Assembly: GCA_963664705.1 (NCBI GenBank)
Contig: OY761556.1
Location: 3,648,001 to 3,712,000 of the forward strand
Direction: 5' to 3'
DNA from: Acidobacteriota bacterium
GTDB lineage: Bacteria > Acidobacteriota > UBA6911
DNA length: 64,000 nucleotides
Part shown: positions 50,001 through 59,770 of the stretch, piece by piece
Layout: each line of letters starts with the position of its first letter
Position numbering within the stretch: position 1 is the first letter of the stretch
Program-made: the position numbers and the translations under genes
Notes under the pieces: model-generated
What the model saw: the letters and a program-made list of their open reading frames with translations, nothing else
Told to the model about the DNA's origin: nothing
Database searches by the model: none

Positions 50001-50656
50001 TGGCGGACAGCCATGACCGGCTCCGCAAGATTATTGAAAACTTCGGCGCCATCAACATGCGCGCGCTCGAAGAATATAAGGAACTCGATGACAGATACCA
50101 GTTCCTCAACGGCCAACGGCTTGACATCGAAAAATCGATCGCCGACACGCAGAAAGCCATTGCGGAAATCAATAAACGATCGGTGGAACAGTTCGAGGAA
50201 GCGTTCAAAGCTATTCGGCAGAACTTCCAGGAAGTATTCCAGATTCTCTTTGCCGGCGGTCAATGCGATCTCAAGCTGCTTGATGAAGGAGATGTCCTTG
50301 ATAGCGGCATCGATATCATCGCGCAGCCTCCCGGAAAACGCCTGCAGAACGTACTCCTCCTGTCCGGAGGAGAAAAGGCGCTGACTGCGCTGGCCCTGCT
50401 GATCGCCATCTTCCGCTATAGACCGAGTCCGCTATGCGTTCTGGACGAAGTCGATGCGCCGCTGGATGACGCCAATGTCGGTCGGTTTGCTCGCCTGATA
50501 TCGGAGCTGAGCAAGAACACGCAATTCATAATAATTACCCACAATAAGAACACTATGGAAACCGCCCAATCGATGTATGGAGTCACAATGGAGGAACCGG
50601 GAGTTTCCAAGATCCTTGGCGTCGATTTCCGACCCAAAGAACAAGCCATCGCGTAA
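47051..50656 (+). CDS. smc: Chromosome segregation protein SMC
   Basis: GFKSF, GPNGCGKSN, coiled coils with hinge, LSGGE, LDEVDAPLD. Confidence 0.98.
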   Translation: MNHIRKLELVGFKSFCDRTHIPFNEGITAIVGPNGCGKSNISDAISWVVGEQSAKSLRTDKMEGVIFNGTQKRKPTGYAEVILTLALDNPIEIQGVPELNPDGFTVGRRLYRSGESEYYLDGKRCRLKDIQSLFEGTGLGPNSYAILEQGRIGQILSSKPAERRALIEEAARITLFKSRRLSAETKLELAQQNLVRAQDIIREVVRQLNSLSRQAAKARRYNRLRDELRSVQRLKAGMEERQLRAKLMECSTRFANAQDDEQAILSELSTAEVARETAWQGCVAQEEEVNRSREQLNALKVDAGNAQNTLENQETQRLGLISRGGELDREQKAIEERRGLTQHEIERLTHASKTIAEEITRDQESLDAEQAKSGVLQEAIHETEGKIDDLRSFLLTGAGKLSDLKNLQARCQESIERIAARTIRLEDETQAKAKERTARAAELDQVRKDFEAKTRRQQEVAENCEDCESKSVQLASRFEQLSNELQEQVNEHGLMQHRYSSLEEVERRRSNYSEGVQKFLSTRIPGEDAPQAKTLADHIEADPAYEVALEDYLNDPLQYIIVDSRDDAVTSIDRLKKIGAGKCTFMTLRNGHSRHETAVRRPQISGDGVVGYLDDLLHMTPDIKNAFERALPDYASTIMVADLHTAFRVAENVSGANFLTLSGESYSPRGTLSAVGERKSMAGFLALKREKRELGKKLNALQEKIQATRGEIANLKQEQAANAEMLKVLTAESRKLEVETALKRQEIARLEAELGKIAQAEHVATSELGQLAEENIGLEAKLVEAAAQIKEIELRSGSSNEELHELNARLQSLRTDSAMLSKELATMTSAHAVKKERKNGMEADLKRLAAELEDSQKRAEVNRSEAALATKRIGELEKAQQEIRIRIEECGRLIQEAGKDLEEKQKQMLELRASLSGFEEELRRLHVRREDAMNTRSKIEIEKTRLESDLEHLERSCQEEFHLSVAELVAEIQDTDWTREYSEVADSHDRLRKIIENFGAINMRALEEYKELDDRYQFLNGQRLDIEKSIADTQKAIAEINKRSVEQFEEAFKAIRQNFQEVFQILFAGGQCDLKLLDEGDVLDSGIDIIAQPPGKRLQNVLLLSGGEKALTALALLIAIFRYRPSPLCVLDEVDAPLDDANVGRFARLISELSKNTQFIIITHNKNTMETAQSMYGVTMEEPGVSKILGVDFRPKEQAIA

Positions 50657-50738
50657 TTGACGATTTACGATTGACGATTTACGATTGTTGACTGACGGTT
50701 ATTTACGATCGTCAACCGTCAATCGTAAATCGTCAATT
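50655..50738. repeat. Heptamer-built 22-bp inverted repeat
   Basis: AATTGACGATTTACGATTGACG ... CGTCAATCGTAAATCGTCAATT. Confidence 0.9.
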
Positions 50739-50752
50739 CATTTGGGGGTGTT

Positions 50753-51640
50753 ATGGCACTCGTAACCGAGACCAATCTGACTGGAGTAAAACTGCTGCGC
50801 CGTGGCAAGGTTCGGGACATCTACGAATACGGCGACAACCTTCTACTGATCGCTTCCGACAGGATTTCGGCTTTCGACGTGGTACTGCCAACGCCCGTTC
50901 CCATGAAGGGCGCAGTTTTGACGCAGCTTTCCCAGTTCTGGTTCGATATGATGCGCGATGTGGTGCCCAATCACCTGATCAGCACCGATGTCAGCCAATT
51001 CCCCGCGGATCTGCAAAAGCATCGGGATATCCTGCACCTCCGTTCCATGCTTTCGGTCAAAGCGGATATGTTCCCCATTGAGTGCGTTGCACGCGGCTAT
51101 CTTGCCGGATCCGGATGGAAGGAATACCAGGAAAGCCGATCGGTATGCGGCATTGCGCTTCCGGCCGGATTGAAGGAATGCGACCGGCTTCCCGAGCCGA
51201 TCTTTACACCGTCAACCAAGGCCGAAGCCGGCCACGACATAAATATCTCGTTTGAAGAGGCTGCGAAGATCATCGGGCAGGAAGATGCCGGCAAGCTGCG
51301 CGAGCTCACGCTTAAGATATACAACCGTGCGGTTGAATATGCCCTGACCAAGGGAATCATCATTGCGGACGTGAAGTTTGAGTTTGGAGTCTATCAGGGA
51401 CAGATCATTCTGTGCGATGAAGTACTGACGCCCGACTCGTCAAGATTCTGGCCCCTTGCCAGCTACAAACCGGGACAGGGCCAGCCTTCCTTCGATAAGC
51501 AATACGTACGGGATTACCTCGAACAGATCAAATTCGATAAGAGGCCGCCGGGTCCGGAGCTTCCTGAATCAGTCGTTCGCGGCACCATGGATAAATATAT
51601 GGAAGCCTATCGCCTCCTCACCGGAAAAGTACTGCAATAA
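50753..51640 (+). CDS. purC: SAICAR synthase
   Basis: RGKVRDIY, SDRISAFD, ADVKFEFG, DEVLTPDSSRFW, SFDKQ. Confidence 0.97.
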   Translation: MALVTETNLTGVKLLRRGKVRDIYEYGDNLLLIASDRISAFDVVLPTPVPMKGAVLTQLSQFWFDMMRDVVPNHLISTDVSQFPADLQKHRDILHLRSMLSVKADMFPIECVARGYLAGSGWKEYQESRSVCGIALPAGLKECDRLPEPIFTPSTKAEAGHDINISFEEAAKIIGQEDAGKLRELTLKIYNRAVEYALTKGIIIADVKFEFGVYQGQIILCDEVLTPDSSRFWPLASYKPGQGQPSFDKQYVRDYLEQIKFDKRPPGPELPESVVRGTMDKYMEAYRLLTGKVLQ

Positions 51641-51666
51641 CGCCGCCTCAAAATCTTTGTCTTACC

Positions 51667-51708
51667 TTCCACGAATTATCACAAAAGCTTTTGTGATAAT
51701 TCGTGGAA
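51667..51708. repeat. 42-bp perfect palindrome
   Basis: TTCCACGAATTATCACAAAAG|CTTTTGTGATAATTCGTGGAA. Confidence 0.9.
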
Positions 51709-51771
51709 TTCGTGGCAGCAAATCCCGTAGAATACCTTTCTCTCTTGAAACAAGAAGGCCGGAGACCGCAC

Positions 51772-52317
51772 ATGCTAAGTCAGTGGACGTTCATGGATTT
51801 CCTGTTTGCCGGCATTGTTTTGATCTCGATTGGCTTTGCCGTGCTTAAAGGATTGGTCCGTGAAATTACCAGCCTGGTGGCCCTGATCGGCGGCTTTATC
51901 CTGGCTGTCATTTATTATGGAGTCCCGGCGCGATGGTTTTCTGAATTCGCGCGAAACGACTCGGTCGCCAACCTCATCGGGTTCCTGATTATTTTTCTTG
52001 GATGCATCCTGATAGGCGCAATTATCTCCTTCATAGTGAACCGTTTTCTGAAGGCAGCCAAGATCAAATGGATCGATCGGCTCCTTGGCGGCGTTTTTGG
52101 GTTGCTGCGCGGATGGGCCATATGTTCCATCATTGTCATTGGAGTCGTTGCCTTTCCTATCCGGGATCGAGTGATGGCAAACTCAGTTCTGGCTCCTTTT
52201 CTGCTGGCAGGCGCACGCGCGGCGGTTCATCTAGTCCCTCAAAAACTGGAAGATCAGTTCAACGAACAATATAAAAAAGTGCTCCAGACGTGGAATGAGA
52301 GCAGGAGTGCACAATGA
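51772..52317 (+). CDS. cvpA: CvpA (colicin V production) family membrane protein
   Basis: KGLVREI.SL, DRLLGGVFGLLRG; next to a purine gene. Confidence 0.88.
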   Translation: MLSQWTFMDFLFAGIVLISIGFAVLKGLVREITSLVALIGGFILAVIYYGVPARWFSEFARNDSVANLIGFLIIFLGCILIGAIISFIVNRFLKAAKIKWIDRLLGGVFGLLRGWAICSIIVIGVVAFPIRDRVMANSVLAPFLLAGARAAVHLVPQKLEDQFNEQYKKVLQTWNESRSAQ

Positions 52318-52556
52318 GCGATCAGGAACGCAAGCCGCCCCTGCGGCTCAAGGAGCGCCTGGAAGTGCTTTGCACTGAGATGATTGAAAAAGGGATCCTC
52401 TTTTCGGAGGCTACAGAACAGTTTGAAAAGTGCTTCATTGCGGAAATGATGCGGCGCAACGACGGCAACCTGATTCGAACGGCCGCACGCCTGGGGATCC
52501 ATCGTAATACGCTCTCCAAGAAGGTCAAAAGCCTCAACCACAACCATCACAAATAA
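52314..52556 (+). CDS. Small Fis-type HTH protein
   Basis: FEK.FI...GN...TAARLGIHRNTL.KK; ATGA coupling to cvpA. Confidence 0.85.
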   Translation: MSDQERKPPLRLKERLEVLCTEMIEKGILFSEATEQFEKCFIAEMMRRNDGNLIRTAARLGIHRNTLSKKVKSLNHNHHK

Positions 52557-52613
52557 ACTGCCGCACTCCAAGGTTTTATTTTTTAATAATTTAGAGAAAT
52601 TTTCCTCGTTAGG

Positions 52614-52641
52614 TTGACAATAAAAAAGTCGCTCTTATACT
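52614..52641 (+). promoter_or_regulatory. sigma70 promoter of groESL
   Basis: TTGACA-N16-TATACT (or N18-TACTAT) with AT-rich upstream tract. Confidence 0.75.
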
Positions 52642-52642
52642 A

Positions 52643-52669
52643 TTGGCACTCGCCTCGGGTGAGTGCTAA
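52643..52669 (+). promoter_or_regulatory. CIRCE element (HrcA operator)
   Basis: TTGGCACTC-N9-GAGTGCTAA, one mismatch to the CIRCE consensus. Confidence 0.93.
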
Positions 52670-52743
52670 GCGATGCGAGTTCAACTTATAAGCTTTGGAT
52701 AGGTCTAAAAGCGAAAAAAAGCCCAAAGAGAGGAGACCTTAGT

Positions 52744-53034
52744 ATGAATGTTAGGCCGTTACACGATCGTGTTCTTGTAAAACGCGTGGAAGAGAAGGAA
52801 GTCGTCAAAGGTGGAATCATTATCCCCGACACTGCAAAAGAGAAACCGATGGAAGGTGAAGTTGTTGCAGCGGGTCCCGGAAAAGTCACGGATGACGGAA
52901 AGCGCGCTGCCATGGATGTGAAAGCCGGCGACCGGATTCTTTTCGGAAAGTATTCGGGAACGGAAATCAAAATCGACGACCAGGATTACCTGATTATGCG
53001 GGAAGATGAAATCCTCGCGGTTCTGGGAAAGTAA
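52744..53034 (+). CDS. groES: Co-chaperonin GroES
   Basis: [26 protein letters not shown]; GAGGAG SD. Confidence 0.98.
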   Translation: MNVRPLHDRVLVKRVEEKEVVKGGIIIPDTAKEKPMEGEVVAAGPGKVTDDGKRAAMDVKAGDRILFGKYSGTEIKIDDQDYLIMREDEILAVLGK

Positions 53035-53038
53035 CTAG

Positions 53039-54700
<1,662 letters not shown>

Positions 54701-54726
54701 AAAGCAGTAATCCGAAGTCAGTAGAC

Positions 54727-54766
54727 AGAAGCCAGAAGGACATCCGTTCTTCTGGCTTCTTTTTTT
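54727..54766 (+). terminator. groEL intrinsic terminator (second hairpin at 54762-54810)
   Basis: AGAAGCCAGAAGGA-loop-TTCTTCTGGCTTCT plus T run. Confidence 0.85.
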
Positions 54767-54836
54767 GTCATGCTTAACGGCTCTCCAGCAGCCGTCAAGC
54801 ATGACAAAAAGATCAAATTATGGTTAGATACGCCGC

Positions 54837-56522
54837 GTGCGACACCTGATTCCCTCTCTCTTGCTTTTGATCCTGATCGCCTGCGGATCGATGTTTTTCC
54901 GGCTGGGATCACTTCCCCTGTGCGGTCCGGATGAGCCCCGTTACGCGCGGATTGCCGAAGAAATGGGCAACCGCGGAGATTGGGTCACTCCCGTGCTCGA
55001 GGGAAAACCTTGGCTCGAAAAACCCCCGCTCTATTATTGGATTGCCATCCCCTTTTATTCGCTTTTTGAAAATCATGAAGTGGCCGCCCGCATCGGATCT
55101 GCATTATGTGCACTGATCGCCTCTTTTGCGATATTCTGGCTCGGCGTATCTCGTTGGTCGCAACGGGCGGGTTTCGTTGCCGCTGCCTCCTTATTGACCA
55201 GCTTAGGCTTCATCGGGTTTGGCCGCAGCGCTTCCACCGATATGCCATTTACATGCTGCCTGACGCTCTTCTTTGCCATCCTGCTGTCGGGTTCTGACTC
55301 GGCAAATCGGAAAGCGGGCTATCTCAGAACCCTGGTTGCCTATGCCTGTTTAGGCCTGGCAGTCCTGGCCAAAGGCCCTGTCGCTATCATTCTCGCCGGC
55401 GGAATTCTGCTGTGTGTGTGGTACCTCGACGAACGAGGCGGTCTTTTTCGCACATGGATGATCCTTCCTGGCACAATCATCACGGCGCTGGTTTCCATTC
55501 CCTGGTTCTGGCTCGCATTCAAACAGAATGGCTTTGCCTTTATTGCCACATTTTTTATCAATCATAATCTGGCGCGGTACACCACGGACATTCACCATCA
55601 CTCACAGCCATTTGCGTATTATATTCCCGTGCTGCTGGGCCTGCTATTCCCATGGACCAGTTGGCTGCCGTTGCTGTTTTCAAGATCGCTTTTGAAGGAA
55701 ATCCGCCGCTGGCGAGAATGGGATCGCCGCATGGTTTTTCTGACCTGCTGGTTTGTATTCCCGATTCTTTTCTTTTCCATTTCCGATTCCAAACTGGCCG
55801 GCTACATTTTGCCCTCCCTTCCGCCGCTGGCACTGATTCTTGGAATTGCAATATCGAATATTTCGACTGGTCTTCGACTGAAAACCTCCGCCATTGTGGA
55901 AATTATACTTACACTGGGCATGGCGGTTGCAGCCCCGCTGGCATTCGACAGGGAATATGGAGGAGCATGGAAAACGGGGCTGCTGATTTCCGTCGCCATT
56001 GTGGTCCCGGCAATATTCTCAATTGCGTTGAAGATGCGAGGGCGATGCCTCCAGGCAATGAGAGCCACTATGGTGCAGGGTATATTGATCGTGCTGGCAT
56101 TGGCACAGTTCGCCTTTCCGGTATTGGGCGCCTATCATTCGACACGGGACATCGCCCTTCGCGCTCTGGAATTGAGGCAGCAGGGTGAGGCGATCATAAC
56201 TTATCGGTTCTTTCACCACACACTGCTCTACTATACCGGATACCAGGTTCAGGAGAAGCTGGACGACCCGGATTCGCTTCTCCGGTTTGCGCAACAACAT
56301 CGGAGTTTTCTGCTGGTAGCGAAAGCCGACAGGGTGAAAGAGATCCAGGGAATGGATATCGCTTCAACGCTCCTGGCAGAACAAGGAGATATCCGATTGC
56401 TCCGAATCGGGGAATCGGGACTGCCGATTTCATCGAACCGTAAAGCCTATCGTGAATTTGAACTCGGGACTGTCGATGGCACCGACTTTCACTTCTCCGA
56501 AAAGCCCGTTTTTGTGTTCTAA
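54837..56522 (+). CDS. ArnT/PMT-like glycosyltransferase (GT-C fold)
   Basis: DEPRYA, EKPPL, D..FT, LAKGPV, SK...YILP; multi-TM. Confidence 0.9.
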   Translation: MRHLIPSLLLLILIACGSMFFRLGSLPLCGPDEPRYARIAEEMGNRGDWVTPVLEGKPWLEKPPLYYWIAIPFYSLFENHEVAARIGSALCALIASFAIFWLGVSRWSQRAGFVAAASLLTSLGFIGFGRSASTDMPFTCCLTLFFAILLSGSDSANRKAGYLRTLVAYACLGLAVLAKGPVAIILAGGILLCVWYLDERGGLFRTWMILPGTIITALVSIPWFWLAFKQNGFAFIATFFINHNLARYTTDIHHHSQPFAYYIPVLLGLLFPWTSWLPLLFSRSLLKEIRRWREWDRRMVFLTCWFVFPILFFSISDSKLAGYILPSLPPLALILGIAISNISTGLRLKTSAIVEIILTLGMAVAAPLAFDREYGGAWKTGLLISVAIVVPAIFSIALKMRGRCLQAMRATMVQGILIVLALAQFAFPVLGAYHSTRDIALRALELRQQGEAIITYRFFHHTLLYYTGYQVQEKLDDPDSLLRFAQQHRSFLLVAKADRVKEIQGMDIASTLLAEQGDIRLLRIGESGLPISSNRKAYREFELGTVDGTDFHFSEKPVFVF

Positions 56523-56900
56523 CCCCAGAAGGACGTTAAACCCGCCGCCGGTATCGGACCCGCCCCCCTTATACCGATAGACATTCAAGGCAGGGCCGGC
56601 TCCAATGTAAGGCGCAAATGAAGCCTTTGGAATGGGGATCCGATAGGCGAACTCAAGGTTAGCCGCAATCGATGTGCGACTCGATCCTGTGCCGATTTCG
56701 AGATTTGGCCTGAACGACAGGTTGTGGACAAGCGGGTCCGTAACAAAATGCACTCCGAAGTGAAATTGATCAGGATCGGCGGTGACGCCCGCGCGAAACC
56801 CAAAGCCGGCCTGCGCCATTAGGCTGCCCGACGCCAGAAAAACGATGGCAAAGAGCACAGGGAAAACTCTTTTCACTACTATATTCCGCATTCGCTTCAT
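56430..56900 (-). CDS. Small outer-membrane beta-barrel protein
   Basis: Signal peptide, alternating beta strands, PYIGAG, C-terminal IGF; GAGGAG SD. Confidence 0.8.
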   Translation of the reverse strand: MKRMRNIVVKRVFPVLFAIVFLASGSLMAQAGFGFRAGVTADPDQFHFGVHFVTDPLVHNLSFRPNLEIGTGSSRTSIAANLEFAYRIPIPKASFAPYIGAGPALNVYRYKGGGSDTGGGFNVLLGLEHKNGLFGEVKVGAIDSPEFKFTIGFTVR

Positions 56901-56996
56901 ACTCCTCAGTAATTTGAATAGTTTTTGTGAAATTTGTGAATTCTGTGTTGCTTTTTCTCTCCGATCTCTCCACCATTCCTAATTCGGGAGACGACT

Positions 56997-58385
56997 ATGC
57001 TCAGACTGCATAACACACTCAGCAACACGGATGAAGAATTCCATCCCCTGGAAGAAGGCGTCGTCCGGTTTTATACCTGCGGCCCTACCGTTTATGATTA
57101 CGCGCATGTCGGTAACTTCCGGACGTTCGTATTTCAGGACCTTCTGCGCAAGTACTTAAAATACCGTAAATACCGCGTAATCCACGTGATGAATATCACG
57201 GACGTCGACGACAAGACAATCCAGAACGCACGCAACCAGGGCGTATCACTCAAGGAGTATACGGAAAAGTATACCGAGGCGTTCCTTGAAGACAGCCGGA
57301 CGCTTCGCATTGATCCACCGGATATCATGCCGCGCGCCACCGATCACATCCCTGAAATGGTTGCACTCATCCGCACGCTGGAAGATAAGGGCTTTACCTA
57401 TAAGAAGGACGGATCTGCGTATTACAGCATTTCTCATTTCCCCGGCTATGGAAAACTCAGCAAGGCCGACTTCAGCGGAGCAAAAACCGGAGTCAGCGTG
57501 GATTCCGATAAATACGACAAAGAAAACGCCAGAGACTTTGTCTTGTGGAAGGCACGGAAAGAAGGAGAGGATTTCTGGGAAACGGAAATCGGCCCCGGAC
57601 GCCCCGGCTGGCATATTGAGTGCTCGGCGATGAGTATGAAATATCTGGGCGAGACATTCGATATTCATTGCGGCGGAGTGGATCTGATCTTCCCGCACCA
57701 TGAAAATGAAATCGCACAAAGTGAAGGCGCCACTGGAAAGCCCTTCGTGCGTTACTGGGTGCATCCGGAGTTCCTGATTGTCGAAGGGGAAAAGATGTCA
57801 AAATCCCTAGGGAACTTCTACACATTGCGGGATCTGCTTGCCAAAGGGCACTCCCCGGAAGCCATCCGGTATCTTCTGCTGTCTGTGCACTATCGCAAAC
57901 AACTGAATTTTACCAATGACGGTTTACATCAAGCCCAGGCGTCCATCCAGCGACTGGAGGATTTTGCCCTCCATGTAAAAGAGAAATCAAAACCGGAGGA
58001 ACCCTCCGACGCATTCATCGCCGAGATCAGCGCCGCTCGCGAGCGCTTTGTTGAGGCGATGGACGACGACATCAATACCTCCGCGGCACTGGCAGCAGCA
58101 TTTGATTTTGTGCGAACCACCTACCAGAAGGATTCGCAGAATGCTCTCTCCGGAGGGGATGCCCGGATTGCTCATGAGTTTATCCAGGAAATAGATGGTG
58201 TGCTGAACATTCTACGCGGCCAGCCCGAACTGCTGGACGAAGAGATTGCGGCTCAAATTGAGGCTCGGCAGGCAGCGCGCAAGCGCCGGGATTTTGCCGA
58301 AGCGGACCGTATCCGCCAAGCCCTTGCCTCGCAAGGCATCCAGCTGGAAGACACTCCCAAAGGCGTCCGCTGGAAGCGCGTGTGA
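56997..58385 (+). CDS. cysS: Cysteinyl-tRNA synthetase
   Basis: CGPTVY..HVGN, GRPGWHIECSAM, FPHHENE, KMSKS. Confidence 0.98.
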   Translation: MLRLHNTLSNTDEEFHPLEEGVVRFYTCGPTVYDYAHVGNFRTFVFQDLLRKYLKYRKYRVIHVMNITDVDDKTIQNARNQGVSLKEYTEKYTEAFLEDSRTLRIDPPDIMPRATDHIPEMVALIRTLEDKGFTYKKDGSAYYSISHFPGYGKLSKADFSGAKTGVSVDSDKYDKENARDFVLWKARKEGEDFWETEIGPGRPGWHIECSAMSMKYLGETFDIHCGGVDLIFPHHENEIAQSEGATGKPFVRYWVHPEFLIVEGEKMSKSLGNFYTLRDLLAKGHSPEAIRYLLLSVHYRKQLNFTNDGLHQAQASIQRLEDFALHVKEKSKPEEPSDAFIAEISAARERFVEAMDDDINTSAALAAAFDFVRTTYQKDSQNALSGGDARIAHEFIQEIDGVLNILRGQPELLDEEIAAQIEARQAARKRRDFAEADRIRQALASQGIQLEDTPKGVRWKRV

Positions 58386-58416
58386 AATATCTCCGCAGTT
58401 ATTGAAACAATCTGTG

Positions 58417-58485
58417 AACCGCTGACTTACGCGGACACACGCTGATAAAGCTATTCGCCCAGCGTACTCAGCGTGGTCAGCGGTT
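58417..58485. repeat. Nonamer-built inverted repeat element
   Basis: AACCGCTGAC ... GTCAGCGGTT with internal CGC(T/G)GA / CAGCG units. Confidence 0.75.
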
Positions 58486-58548
58486 TCCATGGTATTTGCC
58501 CTCCTGGCCTTGGATCTGAGATTAGCATGTAAGAGGACGGCACAATCT

Positions 58549-58893
58549 ATGCTACCAAAGCATCTGCTTGAGGGGCGAAGAGGGGAACGGATTGCGTGCC
58601 GATTCCTGCTCAAAGAGGGATTCGATGTGCTTGCCCGCCGCTACCACAGCCGTTCGGGAGAACTCGACATCGTTGCATTTGAAGGGGACGTTCTTACGTT
58701 CATTGAAGTTAAAACCCGAAGCTCAGGTGAGTTCGGAGAACCCTGGGAATTCGTGGATTGGCAGAAACAACAGATCCTGCGCCGTGCGGCAGAGGACTTC
58801 ATCGCCGAGCAGGATATGGGGCATTATGCCTATCGCTTTGATATTGTGTCTGTTCTTCGCGATACAGTCACACTCTTCCGCAATGCATTTTGA
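58549..58893 (+). CDS. YraN family protein (UPF0102)
   Basis: G..GE..A..FL, GELDIV, FIEVKTR, RFDIV. Confidence 0.93.
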   Translation: MLPKHLLEGRRGERIACRFLLKEGFDVLARRYHSRSGELDIVAFEGDVLTFIEVKTRSSGEFGEPWEFVDWQKQQILRRAAEDFIAEQDMGHYAYRFDIVSVLRDTVTLFRNAF

Positions 58894-59012
58894 AGCATTG
58901 TCTGCATTCCCCCCAGACAGGTTGTGCCCTTCCCGGACAGGCAGTTTTTTTTCAATCTCTGGTTGAGTTTTATTATGGGTTTGGTTATTATCCTGACGCT
59001 GCTTTTGAATGG

Positions 59013-59087
<75 letters not shown>

Positions 59088-59308
59088 TCTAATCATAATA
59101 AATCCAAATAGATACAGACACCCAATCCAAAGATGAAAAGCCAGTTGAAGGGCATTATTCGCTGGTTGCCCCAGTGTTGCAGATCTACTAATGTAAACGC
59201 AGTGAATTCAGATCTGACAAGCAAGTCATTGCCAATGCTGAAAAGGCGTGGGATTGGGGTTTGCCAGAGCTAGGTTCTCGCATTGTATCTTCGCCAAAGA
59301 GGTGCTTA

Positions 59309-59746
59309 ATGAGAAAGCTATATATGATTCTTGGGGTGGCAGTGATGGTTGGGATGCTTGGATCCTTGCTCCTTTCGGGCTTCGCTCGAGGACAGGAAAA
59401 GGCTCCACAGATTAGCCGCCTGGCGGTCGTGTGGAGCAGCAGCGATCCGGAGGTCGCCCATCAAGTCTGTTTTATGTATACCGGCAATGCCAAAAAACAG
59501 AAATGGTTCGATGAGATAACTCTGATCGTATGGGGGCCTTCTGCGCGCTTGCTGGCTGGCGACAAAAGTCTACAGGCCAAAATAAAAACAATGCTGCAGG
59601 ACGGCGTCAAAATACAGGCATGCCAAGCTTGCACGGATTCCTATGGTGTCACGGAGCAACTGAGAAGTATGGGAATCGAAGTGAAATATATGGGTAAACC
59701 CTTTACTGATCTCATTCAGCAAAACTGGCACATACTTACCTTTTAG
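59309..59746 (+). CDS. DsrE/DsrF-like protein with N-terminal signal/TM
   Basis: W.DE.TLIVWGPS, ACQAC (CxxC), YMG. Confidence 0.8.
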   Translation: MRKLYMILGVAVMVGMLGSLLLSGFARGQEKAPQISRLAVVWSSSDPEVAHQVCFMYTGNAKKQKWFDEITLIVWGPSARLLAGDKSLQAKIKTMLQDGVKIQACQACTDSYGVTEQLRSMGIEVKYMGKPFTDLIQQNWHILTF

Positions 59747-59770
59747 GGATCTCTGCTCTCGCAGGCAGGG

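Noticed and set aside
50655-50738. Possible CRISPR array
   Set aside because: Units are 7-14 bp tandem or inverted repeats without unique spacers; no cas genes in the window
59309-59746. Selenoprotein candidate (DsrE-like) given selB
   Set aside because: CxxC is encoded by Cys codons; no convincing in-frame UGA readthrough was noticed in any gene here by eye
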